Shown in pieces: positions 1 to 14,624 of a stretch of 64,000 nt of DNA. This DNA comes from Paraphysomonas bandaiensis (taxonomy: Eukaryota; Protista; Chrysophyceae), in NCBI GenBank assembly GCA_965644295.1, contig CBFFRP010000132.1, positions 218,704 to 282,703 of the forward strand. The letters run 5' to 3'. The number at the start of each line of letters is the position of its first letter. The first letter of the stretch is position 1. The notes under the pieces were generated by a model. The model saw only the letters and a list, made by a program, of their open reading frames with translations. It was not told the DNA's origin and did not search any database. The position numbers were made by a program, and so were the translations under genes.

Positions 1-1170
1 TATGTATGTATGTATGTATGTATGTATGTATGTATGTATGTATGTATGTATGTATGTATGTATGTATGTATGTATGTATGTATGTATGTATGTATGTATG
101 TATGTATGTATGTATGTATGTATGTATGTATGTATGTATGTATGTATGTATGTATGTATGTATGTATGTATGTATGTATGTATGTATGTATGTATGTATG
201 TATGTATGTATGTATGTATGTATGTATGTATGTATGTATGTATGTATGTATGTATGTATGTATGTATGTATGTATGTATGTATGTATGTATGTATGTATG
301 TATGTATGTATGTATGTATGTATGTATGTATGTATGTATGTATGTATGTATGTATGTATGTATGTATGTATGTATGTATGTATGTATGTATGTATGTATG
401 TATGTATGTATGTATGTATGTATGTATGTATGTATGTATGTATGTATGTATGTATGTATGTATGTATGTATGTATGTATGTATGTATGTATGTATGTATG
501 TATGTATGTATGTATGTATGTATGTATGTATGTATGTATGTATGTATGTATGTATGTATGTATGTATGTATGTATGTATGTATGTATGTATGTATGTATG
601 TATGTATGTATGTATGTATGTATGTATGTATGTATGTATGTATGTATGTATGTATGTATGTATGTATGTATGTATGTATGTATGTATGTATGTATGTATG
701 TATGTATGTATGTATGTATGTATGTATGTATGTATGTATGTATGTATGTATGTATGTATGTATGTATGTATGTATGTATGTATGTATGTATGTATGTATG
801 TATGTATGTATGTATGTATGTATGTATGTATGTACATATGTATGTAGGCATGTATGTATGTATGTATGTATGTGTGTATGTATGTATGTATGTATGTATG
901 TATGTATGTATGTATGTATGTATGTATGTATGTATGTATGTATGTATGTATGTATGTATGTATGTATGTATGTATGTATGTATGTATGTATGTATGTATG
1001 TATGTATGTATGTATGTATGTATGTATGTATGTATGTATGTATGTATGTATGTATGTATGTATGTATGTATGTATGTATGTATGTATGTATGTATGTATG
1101 TATGTATGTATGTATGTATGTATGTATGTATGTATGTATGTATGTATGTATGTATGTATGTATGTATGTA
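1..1170. repeat. (TATG)n tetranucleotide microsatellite, >=1170 bp, running off the left edge
   Basis: Near-perfect TATG array with a few interruptions at ~833-876; the MYVC-repeat ORFs are artefacts of it. Confidence 0.98.
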
Positions 1171-1213
1171 TTGTGAGTGGGATTTTAAGTAATTGGAATG
1201 CAAAGTTTTTAAA

Positions 1214-2605
1214 ATGGCAGCATATATAGTATCAGCTTTGAGAACTGCTGGTGGGAAGAGAGGTCTGTCTCTTGTAACCATACTTCACTCAACGGGGTTG
1301 TTTTATTTGTATGTGTTGTTTTAGGGGGTCGTCTGAGTGGATGGCACCCTGCAGATCTAGGAGGAGCTATACTGAACTCGCTGGTGTGTAAGTCACTTTC
1401 ATTTTAGCAGTAGTGAGTTAGTATGGTGATTTATATAGGTTGAGCAGACTAAAGTGGACCCTGCTCTTATTGATGATGTGATTATGGGGTGTGTGGACCA
1501 GGCCGGAGAACAGTCCTCTAACATCGCTCGTAATGCTGTGCTTTCATCTAACCTCCCAGAGTCAGTGCCAGGAACTTCAATTGATAGGCAGTGTGGATCA
1601 TCTCAGCAAGCTATTCACTTCGCTGCACAGGCTGTCATGTCAGGTACACAGGATATTGTCATTGCCTGTGGGGTGGAGAGTATGACGCGTGTGCCAATGG
1701 GTCTTCCGTCCGTACTTCCGAGGAAGAATAAATTTGGATATTACATGGGACCGAAAATTCAGGCCCGCTACCCAGGCATTGATTTTAGCCAATTCATGGG
1801 CGCAGAAATGATGGCGAAGAAGTATAATCTTTCCCGTGAAGATCTTGATGCTTTCTCTTTGGAAAGCCATGCACGGGCCATTAAAGCGACAAATGAAAAG
1901 CGTTTCGCTGATGAGATTGTGCCACTTGAGACCAGGATATTTGATCCTAAAACTGGAGAGGAGTCACTTCCAGGAGGCATGCACGAGATCGACGAGGGTA
2001 TTCGATTCGATGCTACTCTAGAGAGCATTGGTACGTCCTGATCCAGCATTGTAGTGTTGTGTTGCGTAGTTTCAACGATATACTTTGTTGACGGCATGTG
2101 TATTATAGCGAAAGTAAAGGTGTTGCAAGATGGTGGCGTTATAACTGCAGCGAATGCTAGTCAAATCTGCGATGGTGCTTCAGGCGTCATGATTGTCAAC
2201 GAGCGCGGTCTAAAGCAGCTCGGTATTGAACCGTTGGCTCGGATTCATCATATGAGTGTACTTGGTCACGACCCTGTGATTATGTTAGAAGCCCCTCTAC
2301 CTGCTACAGACCGCGCCCTGTCCCGTGCTAATATGAAAATTAGTGACATCGATCTCTTTGAAGTCAATGAAGCATTTGCTAGCATTCCTTTAGCCTGGCT
2401 TAAGCATACAGGCGCAGACCCAGCAGCAATGAATGTCCACGGTGGAGCAGTTGCTCTCGGCCATCCACTGGGTGGTACTGGGACGAAGCTGATGTCTACT
2501 CTTGTTCATGCATTGAAGCAAAGAAAATTGAGATATGGACTACAGACAATGTGCGAAGGAGGAGGAATGGCGAATGTTACTATCATTGAGAACTTGCGTA
2601 TTTAG
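1214..2605 (+). CDS. Acetyl-CoA acyltransferase (thiolase), 4 exons (introns ~1263-1324, 1384-1438, 2031-2108)
   Basis: Spliced N-terminus MAAYIVSALRTAGGKRGGRLSGWHPADL; motifs DRQCGSSQQA (catalytic Cys), NEAF, GHPLG, CEGGG; GT-AG introns keep the frame. Confidence 0.95.
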
Positions 2606-3501
2606 ATATGACTACATGTTATAATGCCAATGCGTCACGTTATATGTTTTTCTGCATGTTGTAGCGCTTGACTAATAAATACACTTGGAATTAACAAATT
2701 TAGTATTCTGAGTTTGTGAAGTCAGAGAAGAAAAAATCAGAGTAGCTTGAATTCGGTGAATATACTGCTATTATGTAGATTACAGAGTTCGTTTTCTTCT
2801 CCTTGTATTGTTTCCTACTAACACACATAAAACAGACCCAAAAATATAAACAGATAAGTTTCCTCTTCTATTCATTTCTATGCAAAAAAGCCCGTACCAA
2901 GCAAAATTCCGCTTTCAAAACGAGATTCGTCACCATATATCTGCTATCTTAACGCGAACTGACTGTAGTGAAAGTTTCAATATGTCCCCTTTGAGGGCTA
3001 CTAGCTACTATTATAATTTTAAATTAGAAAGACTTACAATTAAGATTCATCTTTCATCTTAATACAAGATAGATGATAGTATATGTTATATGTACTAGTT
3101 TGTTCAATGAAATAGATCAAAAACTGAATTAATGATTGTATCTGTTACCTGTTGAGGATTCAGGATCGTCACTGTCAAAAAATTTCAATTTACTGCGCTT
3201 TACTCTCAAGAAGTAGGCCGAATAAGTCTTTCTCTAGTTTTCAACTGTCGGTTACAGACTTCCACGTAAGAAGTTGGTAATATTTTAAATAGATATACAA
3301 GTACTCAGAGGATATAATAATGCTCAACAACTCGAGATACATTTACACCCACTCAATTCGACTCATAATCTAAACATGTTAGACACAAACTACTTTTAAA
3401 AATTATCAAATGATATTGAGAACAAATGTTTTCAATACAGAAGCCGTAATTGGTGAATACATTTTACAATCACAGTTTTGTAGGAAATTAACTTGCTGCT
3501 T

Positions 3502-5337
3502 TTAGCGGAAATCTTCAGCGTCAATGACATAGACAAATCCTTCGTCAGTCACAGTTGGCTGCATTTTTACGGCACTGGTCTGAATAAATATGAAGATTAG
3601 ACACATTCTTGTAAGTGCAGACACAATTACGTAAATAAGTATGTGCACTTTACACGAGCACTGTGCCTTACCTCCAAAATATACAGTTTTCCGTCTTCAA
3701 CAGTAAATTCCACGTACTACAAATAACCAACAAATAAGTCAGAACTTTGAATATACACAAATATTGAGTATTCCATACCTGCACATCTCTGTTATAGTGT
3801 TCCTGTAAAGTATCGAAGTGACGTTCCAATTGGTCGTATATTTCCGGGTCCACATCCTTTCGTGAAATCAAGGAACATACTACTCGAAAGAATATGACGT
3901 ACCCATATACTCGCCGATTCGCGACTCCCATCCACAGCATCTACACCTTCCCCCTTTCGTACATATGCTCCTGATATGAGAGGGTAGACATTTAGTGTTT
4001 ACACAAAAACACGAAAAATGATACACAACACAGATCGCCGACTCCAAACGCTTACACTGAACACAATTCATAGTCACTACCACCTACCTCGGATGTGGTA
4101 GTCACCACCTTTGAGGGCATTCGCTGCCACTGCAATACCAGTCCCTGAGCGCGAATTCATGTTTCCAAAGACCATTTGCTACATACCAAATGCGTTAAAT
4201 ATTCAATTGTCATTCAAGAACCTTCTGCAAGGACGCTATTGTATAGATCTACCTGAACAGTTACGGCCACGCCGGCACTAGCAGGGATAGAATGAGCTTG
4301 ACGATAGTCTGCAACCCTAAATATCCAAAAAGTAGGGTAAAATGCGAGAACTACCCCAAGCTTATATGTTATTCACAAACAGGAAACCAATAAAGCATTC
4401 TCAAAGTTATATGATGATGATGATGTGTAATTATGGCGACCATCATTTCATACGTGAGCACATACTTCACTTACCTATCCTCATTCCATTGCATAAAAAG
4501 GGCTTCAATCGCCATTCTCAGTTGCTCATAAGGATCATCAGGAACATCAACAATCCGCTTGAATTCCCCGATGCAATACAACAGAGAGTCAGTAGAAAGC
4601 TTGTGATCTTCGTCAACGCCATCTCGCTCCCTCGCATGACTAAGAATTCTCTCGTATTTTCCTGCATCTGCTTTCAAAACAATGGTGCCGAACATTTGTA
4701 AGAATCGGCGCTGTGTGTCCACTGCAAAATGACGGTAACGATTGTGCGGGCCGGCAATCGCGTCCACAATGGAGTCATTAATTCCGACATTAAGAATGGA
4801 CTCGAACTGGCTATATATACATCATGACATCAGTTATACAGTATTATCTCAAATATACTACTATCATGGAATATAAAGAATCACGCAAACACTGTAGGCA
4901 CTTAACCCACCCTGGCATTTTCACTGTGGACCCAGCCCTCACAGAAAGCAAAAGAGGACTCGGCTTATCATCTGTCACGCCTCCAAACTTTTTGTGAGAA
5001 TCTCGCTCAATACAATAAACAGCATCTCGATGCAAGTCCAGGAGGTGCTCAGTCATTTCATATCCATTCTCATAATACTCTCTGCAGGCAGCAGTGGTAA
5101 TGATAAACCCAGGAGGAACAGGAAGATTGAGCCTGAGAAACATATCACGCACTCTTTATGTTCAATCTATCGAATAATATCATATCAGTACCGTTTCATT
5201 TCACATAAATTAGCCCCCTTAATACCCAGCATCTCAATATCGTCAATAGAGCCCTCGTGAAACTCATACACATTCTTCTGGAAGTGATCAGTCATCTGAC
5301 GAGTGAGTTTTCTTCCAGGCTTTCTCAGGAAGTCCAT
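3502..5337 (-). CDS. Pyruvate phosphate dikinase N-terminal (ATP-grasp) domain-only protein, multi-exon
   Basis: LGIKGANLCEM, LPVPPGFIITT, LLLSVRAG, QQMVFGN, YVEFTVEDGKLYILE; last exon ends ...VIDAEDFR* at TAA 3502-3504; no phosphohistidine or pyruvate-binding domain follows. Confidence 0.85.
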
Positions 5338-7015
5338 TCTTCTAACGATTCAAAGTTTTCGATAAGTGTATGTATATCTTAATAATCTTTATGATAACTA
5401 TAATGAGGAGAGATGTACATACATACAGCACATACTGCTGCCGTGTAGGTGGAATATGTGTGCGTAGCTACATCTATAGCAGCGGAGGTATACCGTATAC
5501 AGCAGTATCCTCCCTGCTGCAAGATGGAACACGGTAGAAAGAATGATGGAAGGATATACCACGTACAGAGTATACAGCTGTAGGAATCCTACCCTGTATC
5601 TTGGTTTTTGAACACACTTTTAGGGGAACAAGGGCGTCATGTGGCTTTTTAGCAGAAAAACGAAAGCTATGTAGGAATTCCTAGTTTTCTTGGAGTAAAA
5701 GTATCAATATCTCCATCCATTGTATCGCTCTACAAAGTGGACGAAGCAATCTTCGGCCTGGTGCCTGCTGTGATGATATGATACAAGAGTATATCTAGAT
5801 ATAGTTATGTGATATGGATATACAGCGTCCGCATATTACGTACGTGATGTTGTGACCTTATGCTGCATTCAATTATTCACATCTCGATATGGATAAGGGA
5901 TAATGGATCGGAGGACAGACAGTATTGCGCCTGGTCCATGTTGTAGTCCTCGCATAACGAAGTGGTGGAAATAATCTCCGATATCACAATACAGACTCCA
6001 CCCATAATTAATTTGCAGATCAACGTTGCTGAACTATACAATGATTGTCATTGCATCATATTCTCATGGACAACCTCCGTGATAACAGTGTACAGAATGA
6101 ACATCTGTACATTAATTACAATTAGCTCCATCATCTAATCTGTAGAATATCGGTGGAAATGAGAATGTTTATTGTTCATGCTTAGTTTTATTGTGTGTAT
6201 AGGGTTATAATAGCCATTCTCCATCATGCCACGGAATTTCAACTTACCATTATATAGAAAGAATTCCACTAGTCCATGCTTAGTATTAGTCCCATTCCGA
6301 TATCCTACCCTGGAGTTGTGGTTATATATATGTAAATAAGCCATAAATAGATCTACTTGCGTCACTCAGACACTATTACCAGACTTGCCTAATAATTAAT
6401 GATTTTAAAGTGATAATTGGTAAATGTTGCCAATTAATTGTAATTACTTGGCTGGCTTAATTATATATAGATATATAGCATCTTAAAATGTATAGCTACT
6501 CATCATAGGTACAAATTCATCATCTGTTAGCATAGAAGAAGTTTGGCCATGTATGTGCACAGCACACAGTCATGTTACCATATATGTGTGGCACGATTAC
6601 GATATACGATAAACCCTACTAATTCTGATGGAGAGGGAAGCCAAGTGATGTCTGCAGTCTGCACAATACGTACTTGTGTCATGCGTGGTAACGAGAAGGC
6701 CTGTATATTCTTCAATTGAGGGGAGGCTTAGCACGGTGGTTGCTGCAGCAGTGTGAAATGTATAAATATATTACTATTGTATATTGTAGTACCAAGGAGT
6801 TCTGGTCCAACATACTTGCCACATTAACGAGACACTTAATCTGTAGTTCTAGTAGAAACGGGTTGTTTTAATTTTACGGTTATATGTTTCATTGAAAAAT
6901 TCTACTAGGTATTACTGCGGCTAGCAGTAGGGACTCTAACTTTCTACAGTAGTACACCTTGTTGATCATATCACTCTGACTACTCACGTGTTACATCAAG
7001 GTCAATCGGCTTATC

Positions 7016-7999
<984 letters not shown>

Positions 8000-9549
8000 C
8001 TACGATATATGGTGTATATATATGGGCCTATACATATACCATGCATGGTATACGCGTATACACTTGTTATACTGTACTGCTGTATATGAACTGCAAGGCT
8101 TCCGCCTGCGGTATACGATGGTCTACGGTGTTATGTGCAGGTGAACAGAGCAGCACGTTCGTAGTACTGTAGAGCACTGCTGTACACAGCAGTGGACATA
8201 TGCAGCATATCCTCACCCACACCACACTCACCAACCTTAACACGATCAGGGGTCATGTTGCTCTGGTATACTGCATTGTGTGACTGTAATCTACGTGATA
8301 TCATCAGTACACTGCATCACACCTGAAGATATATGTAAAGAAGCTCTTGCTCCATCTCATATGACACTAATATGACACAGCTAATAACCCTAGCAAGCCA
8401 TATGAACCCTTATCTATGCCTATGTATTAATATTGAGGTTTGATATCTCTGCTTCACCTCGTATCATTAATGGTCCTCTTGACCATATCTTACATGATGC
8501 ATTATGGTTTAATCTCAAGATGCCCGATGTGATGAAGTTTACAGTTTAGGCCAAACACCTGGTAATAGTTGGATAATGCCTATTGGTTACGAATGTTTTG
8601 AGAATTCATAGATAGTATATGATCTTTCATAATCAATCGTACCAAACGTAATAATAGTACGATTTAAGCTTAGATACCCTTGCCTACAGGTACTTATAAC
8701 TACTACATATGATATGCATTTTAGTTACGGGCTAGATACATCTACAGTAGTCCCTAATAACTTTATGTCGGTAGTAAGATGACACATATTATTGTTGGTA
8801 AATTAGTGCCACGAAAAAGGTATTTGTCGACAAGTATAAATGTTGATACCTGGTAAAAATAATTCAACGATAATGAAATGTTGGGTCATGGACTCACATT
8901 TTCCATTGTAGAATTAAGGCTCAATGAAAGCCATGAAATGTGCAATGACCAGTTTGCAGGATTAGAAATACATGCACTTACTCCTAACGAATTTGTGTCA
9001 TAGGTTCATGTTCCGTGTGTTCCTGGAAGATCTAGTTGTTTTAAAATGTGACAAATGCACTTCAATGTAATTATATATGCTAAGAAAATTGATAGATTCT
9101 CACTAAATATGTAGCTCAACTTAGTTATATGCGAATTAATATAATTATTTATATCACAGCGAAGAATCCCCTTCCTTCCCGCTGTGTGTGTTCCAAATTT
9201 GGGGTGATAGCACAGACTTCATCGTCAACAGTGTTTTATGAAACTTGGAATATCAAAGTTCCATCAGCATTATATCTGCCAATCAAACAACAAGATTACA
9301 AGAATTCTCATTTCATATGAAGTTCAAAAGGATTAATGAAAAGGATCCTCTCTAAAGCCAAATATAATTGGTTGTTTTCTTGTGGGACACTCTGATTCTG
9401 GTATACTAGTCAGTAGATTTCGTTTGTCATTCAGCACTGATAAATTTCATTTACATTTTAATCCCATCATTAAGGGTAATGAGTATAACGATTAGATATA
9501 TACCATATATACCTAAAAATCAACATGTATAGAAATCGGCACATGAAAA

Positions 9550-12132
9550 CTAACACCTCGTAATCGATATCAGTTTTATTTCTAACATTTCGGCTATAAA
9601 ACGACACTGTTCTGCTATTTGTGCTAAAGGCGACGTTTGGGTTTGTGCTTCAGTATTCCACAGTACAGCCAAATTGTACTCGGCGAAATTACTGGAGCTT
9701 CTATTGTTGAAGCTGTATAGTAAATTATTCATCATATCCATGTACCCATCAGTACTCAGTAAATTCTCTGTCCACCGATAACTGGTGTCCGTACTTGGTA
9801 CAACAGTTGACATGTATATTCGAATAGATTCGAGCTCAAAGTTTCCCACTGGCCAACCGTCACGGGAAATTATGGTACTGTCACTTTCACTTGGTGATAT
9901 ATACAATCGCGTCCCACGAGAAGTTGCATTCAGAAAAGGCATCTCAGTCGTGAAAGAGCAGAGCGAAGAGCTCTGGAGCTGAAACTGCCTCGGTGTATAG
10001 GAGTTCGGTCGCAGAAATAAAGTCATACCAACTGACGCACTTAAAGTAGGTGACGAAGTTGGAAGTGACGTCGACGGTGATGATGTGGGAAGTGATGTAG
10101 GAGATGTGCAAAAAGTAGAATCATACTCGGCATTTTCTAAATAGTCACAAGAATTTTCGACAAAATACCCCAATAGCTTCCATGTGGCCCTCACAGAACT
10201 TTCTTCATCTTTACATAGATATGGCTCAAGAGGATCTGTCACACTTGTGCGATTAGGAGCAAAATGATATCGGTCCACCCCAACATAGTGTGCAGCACCA
10301 CAATTGATGGAAAATAGGGGCTGAGTATAAGAATGAGGAGTGGTGTAACCAGAGCAGCGAACTTCACCGCAAGTGTGCGAGCCATTCACAGCGGCACCAA
10401 AGCGAACAGTATCATATGAGTATAATACCACTGCACGCCCTTCCCTATCGCCTTCGCTGTCGACCCATTGGTAAGTCTGATCTACCCACTTCAGTGCCTC
10501 TGCATCAATGTCCGATAGGCGGTCAGTTATCACATATTGGCGATTGTAATATGTGCTTCCCGGATGTAGAGTTAAAAAAGCATTAATTGTAAATACCGTG
10601 TAGTCACGGTCATCCTTGGTACCTGCAATTATATATAATATGAGACACAGAAAAGGGAGAGTGGGTGTTATGTACACAATATATGCCGCAGACTTCTAAC
10701 ATTCTAGCTTCTCACGTTCACTCAGTGGTATATTTACGTGATATAATTTGCACTATTTATTTACAACCCAATTTTCCATACCTGCAGTGCCAACCCGAAC
10801 ACGAGAAGGGGCCGTCATCCAATCGTTATTAGGGTCGTCAGACTCTGCATCAATTCCATGAACCCAAGTCAAAGCCAAGTTATCCTCTTTCCTTTTGCCG
10901 AAATCCGCGTAGGTCACTGTGATGATATCATTCTCAATGAATATGGAGTTGATGACGTCAACCGTTACGTTCGGCCAAAAGAATAAAGTGTTGCCATTGT
11001 GGGCCCAATGTAATACACCCTTCACATACACGCTTTGCCCTCTCGGATTGGTGAATAACAAGTCACCGTACGTGGAAACAGATAGCGTCACAGTAGATTG
11101 AATTGTCATGCGGGCGGTGTACCTTCCCCAGCTCGCAGTATGGCCAACACTCTCGGAGCACGAATTGTTTCGCGAAGGAATTAGCTGTACAGCGACGGCA
11201 TCGTCATCATTACAGTCTACCTCCGATCCTGAGTTGTCTCCACACGGAACGCTAAATTCACTTTCCAGAGGAATATTTTCAGTAAATGTAGTATAGCCAC
11301 CAAGGTCTTCAAGGTTAGGTCTTGTTTCAGATCCAAATGACAAGAGTGGGTCCACTAAATCAGCTTCTCCTGGATTGGATTTGGATGCGTGCAGAACATC
11401 ATGGAGAACTGAGGTACGTACTCCACCCCATGGTACATTGAAATACGAATAGCTATCGGAGCCATAGTTGGATCTCCCATTCTGAATTGCCCACGTCATT
11501 TCCACCACACCATTGCCACAGTCACGATAGCGTGTGTAATAAAGTGCTGAGCTATAGAAAGCCGTGGGAACATGTGCCTGTTGCCCCCAGGAGGCAAAGC
11601 GACATTCCCTGCCACTGCAGTGTTTAGCAACATTAGGAGAGTAAAATGGGTTCTCACGAAGTATATCTTCGTTCTGATACGTTCCAGCTTGATGTATAAA
11701 ATAAGGATCCTCTGGGGGATCGTTTAGAGTCGAATCGACAGCCACCAATTGCCAGACCTCATCGATCCACGGGGCATCAGAGTGTTGTTGCGGCGGCATG
11801 GCTTCACCATACGGTCCAACATAGCTATATATATTTCCACCATGACCCACTCTGAGGGACCAAGTTTTGTTAACATTATTATCCACGTGAGACAACTCTG
11901 CCAAGAAAGCGTCCTTTTCGAACGGTGCACTCAGAATATCCCACTTAGAGCTGCTATTGGTCCAACTAAAATCAAATGTGAAGGTAGTTTCTCCACCACC
12001 TACACATAGCGCACTGGATTCGGGGAGAATATCCTCAGTGAGTGCGTCTTCTAGAGTGACTTGTGCACTCATGCGGCTCACAATGCACAGGACGAGTGTT
12101 GCTCTCCACCTCCATAACACACCCACTGTCAT
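9550..12132 (-). CDS. Secreted protein of unknown function with a short S/P/T linker, 2 coding exons
   Basis: Signal-like MTVGVLWRWRATLVLCIVSRMSAQ; ORFs 10753-12144 and 9550-10677 join through a GT..AG intron (~10624-10781); PTS-repeat linker. Confidence 0.75.
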
Positions 12133-12629
12133 ACTACTCTCCACCTCCCTATAAAATTATAGGCATATCATATTCAGATCCTGCATGCCGTGCATGCATT
12201 GCACTGTGCTATTGGTGCTGGCTGCGCAAGCAATCAAGAGTCCACATCGTCGTATGTCCAGAGGCGCCGTAACGGTATAGGAATTCCTAGCTGGAGGTGT
12301 GTATAGTATGCGCAGTGGTAGAACATACCGGTAGAGGGTGAGTGCAGGTGGTCCGTGGACAGCAGTAGAGGTATACGTATACCGGTATACAGCAGGTGGT
12401 GTGGATACACTGCCTGTATATCTATGTACATATGTACACGCACTGCATGCATATTCTCTTCTGCTCTATACGAACATTTGGCTGCATGTTCTGTGAGCTC
12501 CTACACATACACACATACACACACTTGTCAGTAGAAGCACTGCACTATTACTCGACTCTGATCTATCGCAACTGTTGTTATTGACGTCACTCCTCGGCAA
12601 GAGACATCTCTCAATCCATTGACGTTAGC

Positions 12630-13310
12630 ATGGACCCCTATGAAGAGAATGTGTTTAAGGAGCAGTACGGCAGCCCGGACACTCTCCCTTCTGTTGAGGT
12701 GCAGCTGCGGGATAAGATCATCAAGTATAAGGCTGAACTAAAGGAGAAAAACAGGAAAATAAAGTATCTGGCGAAGCAGCTCACTGAGAAAGAGGACATT
12801 ATCCGCAACTTATTGAGCATACTTGAGCGCTACCACTCACCGGATATTCCTCTACCTGAGCGACCTCTGCGATCCATCAGCGATGATTCATATGGACAAT
12901 ATGGGCGTGTAATGTCCAGTAATTATGTGTCGAGCGCTGTTGCACACAACCAGAAGCTGGAGTCGAAGGTACAGGACCTTACCCAGAAAAATAAGATGCT
13001 AAAACAAAAGCTCAAGGAGCAAAGAAACCGATTGGATGAAGTTGATATATTACGCCAAATTCTGTCCGTAGATGAGCAGATTGAACGGAACCAGCAAGAA
13101 GAAATTAAGGGTCTACAAGAAGTTGCTTCCAGGCAACAGAAAGAGAACTTTGCACTGCAGCGGCAACATTCTCACGACGGCGTTATTAATGGCGAAGCGA
13201 ATTCAGGTGTAAAGCGCCCGTCCCCAGCCAAGCGCCTGCTCAAACAGCGATCAATCAAGGTTATTGAGGAAGTTCACAATATACTAGATCAGAGGAAATC
13301 ATCGTATTGA
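12630..13310 (+). CDS. Coiled-coil protein of unknown function (226 aa), intact copy
   Basis: Single ORF rich in K/E/Q/L heptads; duplicated immediately downstream. Confidence 0.75.
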   Translation: MDPYEENVFKEQYGSPDTLPSVEVQLRDKIIKYKAELKEKNRKIKYLAKQLTEKEDIIRNLLSILERYHSPDIPLPERPLRSISDDSYGQYGRVMSSNYVSSAVAHNQKLESKVQDLTQKNKMLKQKLKEQRNRLDEVDILRQILSVDEQIERNQQEEIKGLQEVASRQQKENFALQRQHSHDGVINGEANSGVKRPSPAKRLLKQRSIKVIEEVHNILDQRKSSY

Positions 13311-13743
13311 TTGATGTTGATTCATGTGTATGATGATTTTTAGTCGGTTTTTGATATCGGTACGTGTTATTAGCTTATACCGCAACAGAATTGTAGAATA
13401 AGTAAAATAATGATGTGCAATAAATGCTTTTGAGCCCGTAAGGTCATAATTTTTAGGATAGTCTGCCCGTATACATTCTCACATGAGCTTGTTGTGCGGC
13501 CAAGAGGTTGCTCTTAAGATTCATCATAATATAGTATATGTGAATTACATTGTTCAATAAAATATATCTCAAACTGAATAAAAGATAGTATATGTTGAAG
13601 AATCATGATCGGCATTATAACGATAGTCATTGTCGGTTAAATTTCTAATTTATTCCGTTGCACGTAAATACTGTATAAATCAAAATTGTTGTTATTGACG
13701 TCACTCCTCGGCAAGAGACATCTCTCAATCCATTGACGTTAGC

Positions 13744-14438
13744 ATGGACCCCTATGAAGAGAATGTGTTTAAGGAGCAGTACGGCAGCCCGGACACTCTT
13801 CCTTCTGTTGAGGTGCAGCTGCGGGTTAAGATCATCAAGTATAAGGCTGAACTAAAGGAGAAAAACAGGAAAATAAAGTATCTGGCGAAGCAGCTCACTG
13901 AGAAAGAGGACATTATCCGCAACTTATTGAGCATACTTGAGCGCTACCACTCACCGGATATTCCTCTGCCTGAGAGCGACCTCTGCGATCCATCAGCGAT
14001 GATTCATATGGACAATATGGGCGTGTAATGTCCAGTAATTATGTGTCGAGCGCTGTTGCACACAACCAGAAGCTGGAGTCGAATGTACAGGACCTCACCC
14101 AGAAAAATAAGATGCTAAAACAAAAGCTCAAGGAGCAAAAAAACCGATTGGATGAAGTTGATATATTACGCCAAATTCTGTCCGTAGATGAGCAGATTGA
14201 ACGGAACCAGCAAGAAGAAATTAAGGGTCTACAAGAAGTTGCTTCCAGGCAACAGAAAGAGAACTTTGCACTGCAGCGGCAACATTCTCACGACGGCGTT
14301 ATTAATGGCGAAGCGAATTCAGGTGTAAAGCGCCCGTCCCCAGCCAAGCGCCTGCTCAAACAGCGATCAATCAAGGTTATTGAGGAAGTTCACAATATAC
14401 TAGATCAGAGGAAATACAGATACTGTATTTATACATAA
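13744..14438 (+). pseudogene. Frameshifted tandem duplicate of 12630-13310
   Basis: Near-identical from ~13688 to ~14415; +2 insertion (cctgagagcgac vs cctgagcgac) near 13975 splits the ORF; homology stops 3 codons before the original stop. Confidence 0.85.
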
Positions 14439-14624
14439 TACTAATATAGTTATAATAGTACTTATATATATCGAAATTGCTGATATATGAATGCATGTTC
14501 GTAAAACATTTTTGCGTTGAAAATCTATTTTTAGGATGAAACCAGAACAGAATAAATTCATTGTCTTTATCTTCCATAAATCTTATAAAAATGAGCGATA
14601 AGTTTCTACGCTGATACTGTACGA

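Noticed and set aside
1-1170. Telomere at the window start
   Set aside because: The unit has no G-run typical of telomerase repeats, and nothing shows this is a chromosome end.
2-1229. ORFs of 112-407 aa made of MYVC repeats
   Set aside because: Translation artefacts of the stop-free (TATG)n array.
5600-6950. Possible TE remnant or gene in intergenic DNA (similarly 8400-9500 and 45100-46400)
   Set aside because: Only short broken ORFs, with no recognisable motifs, convincing TIRs or TSDs.
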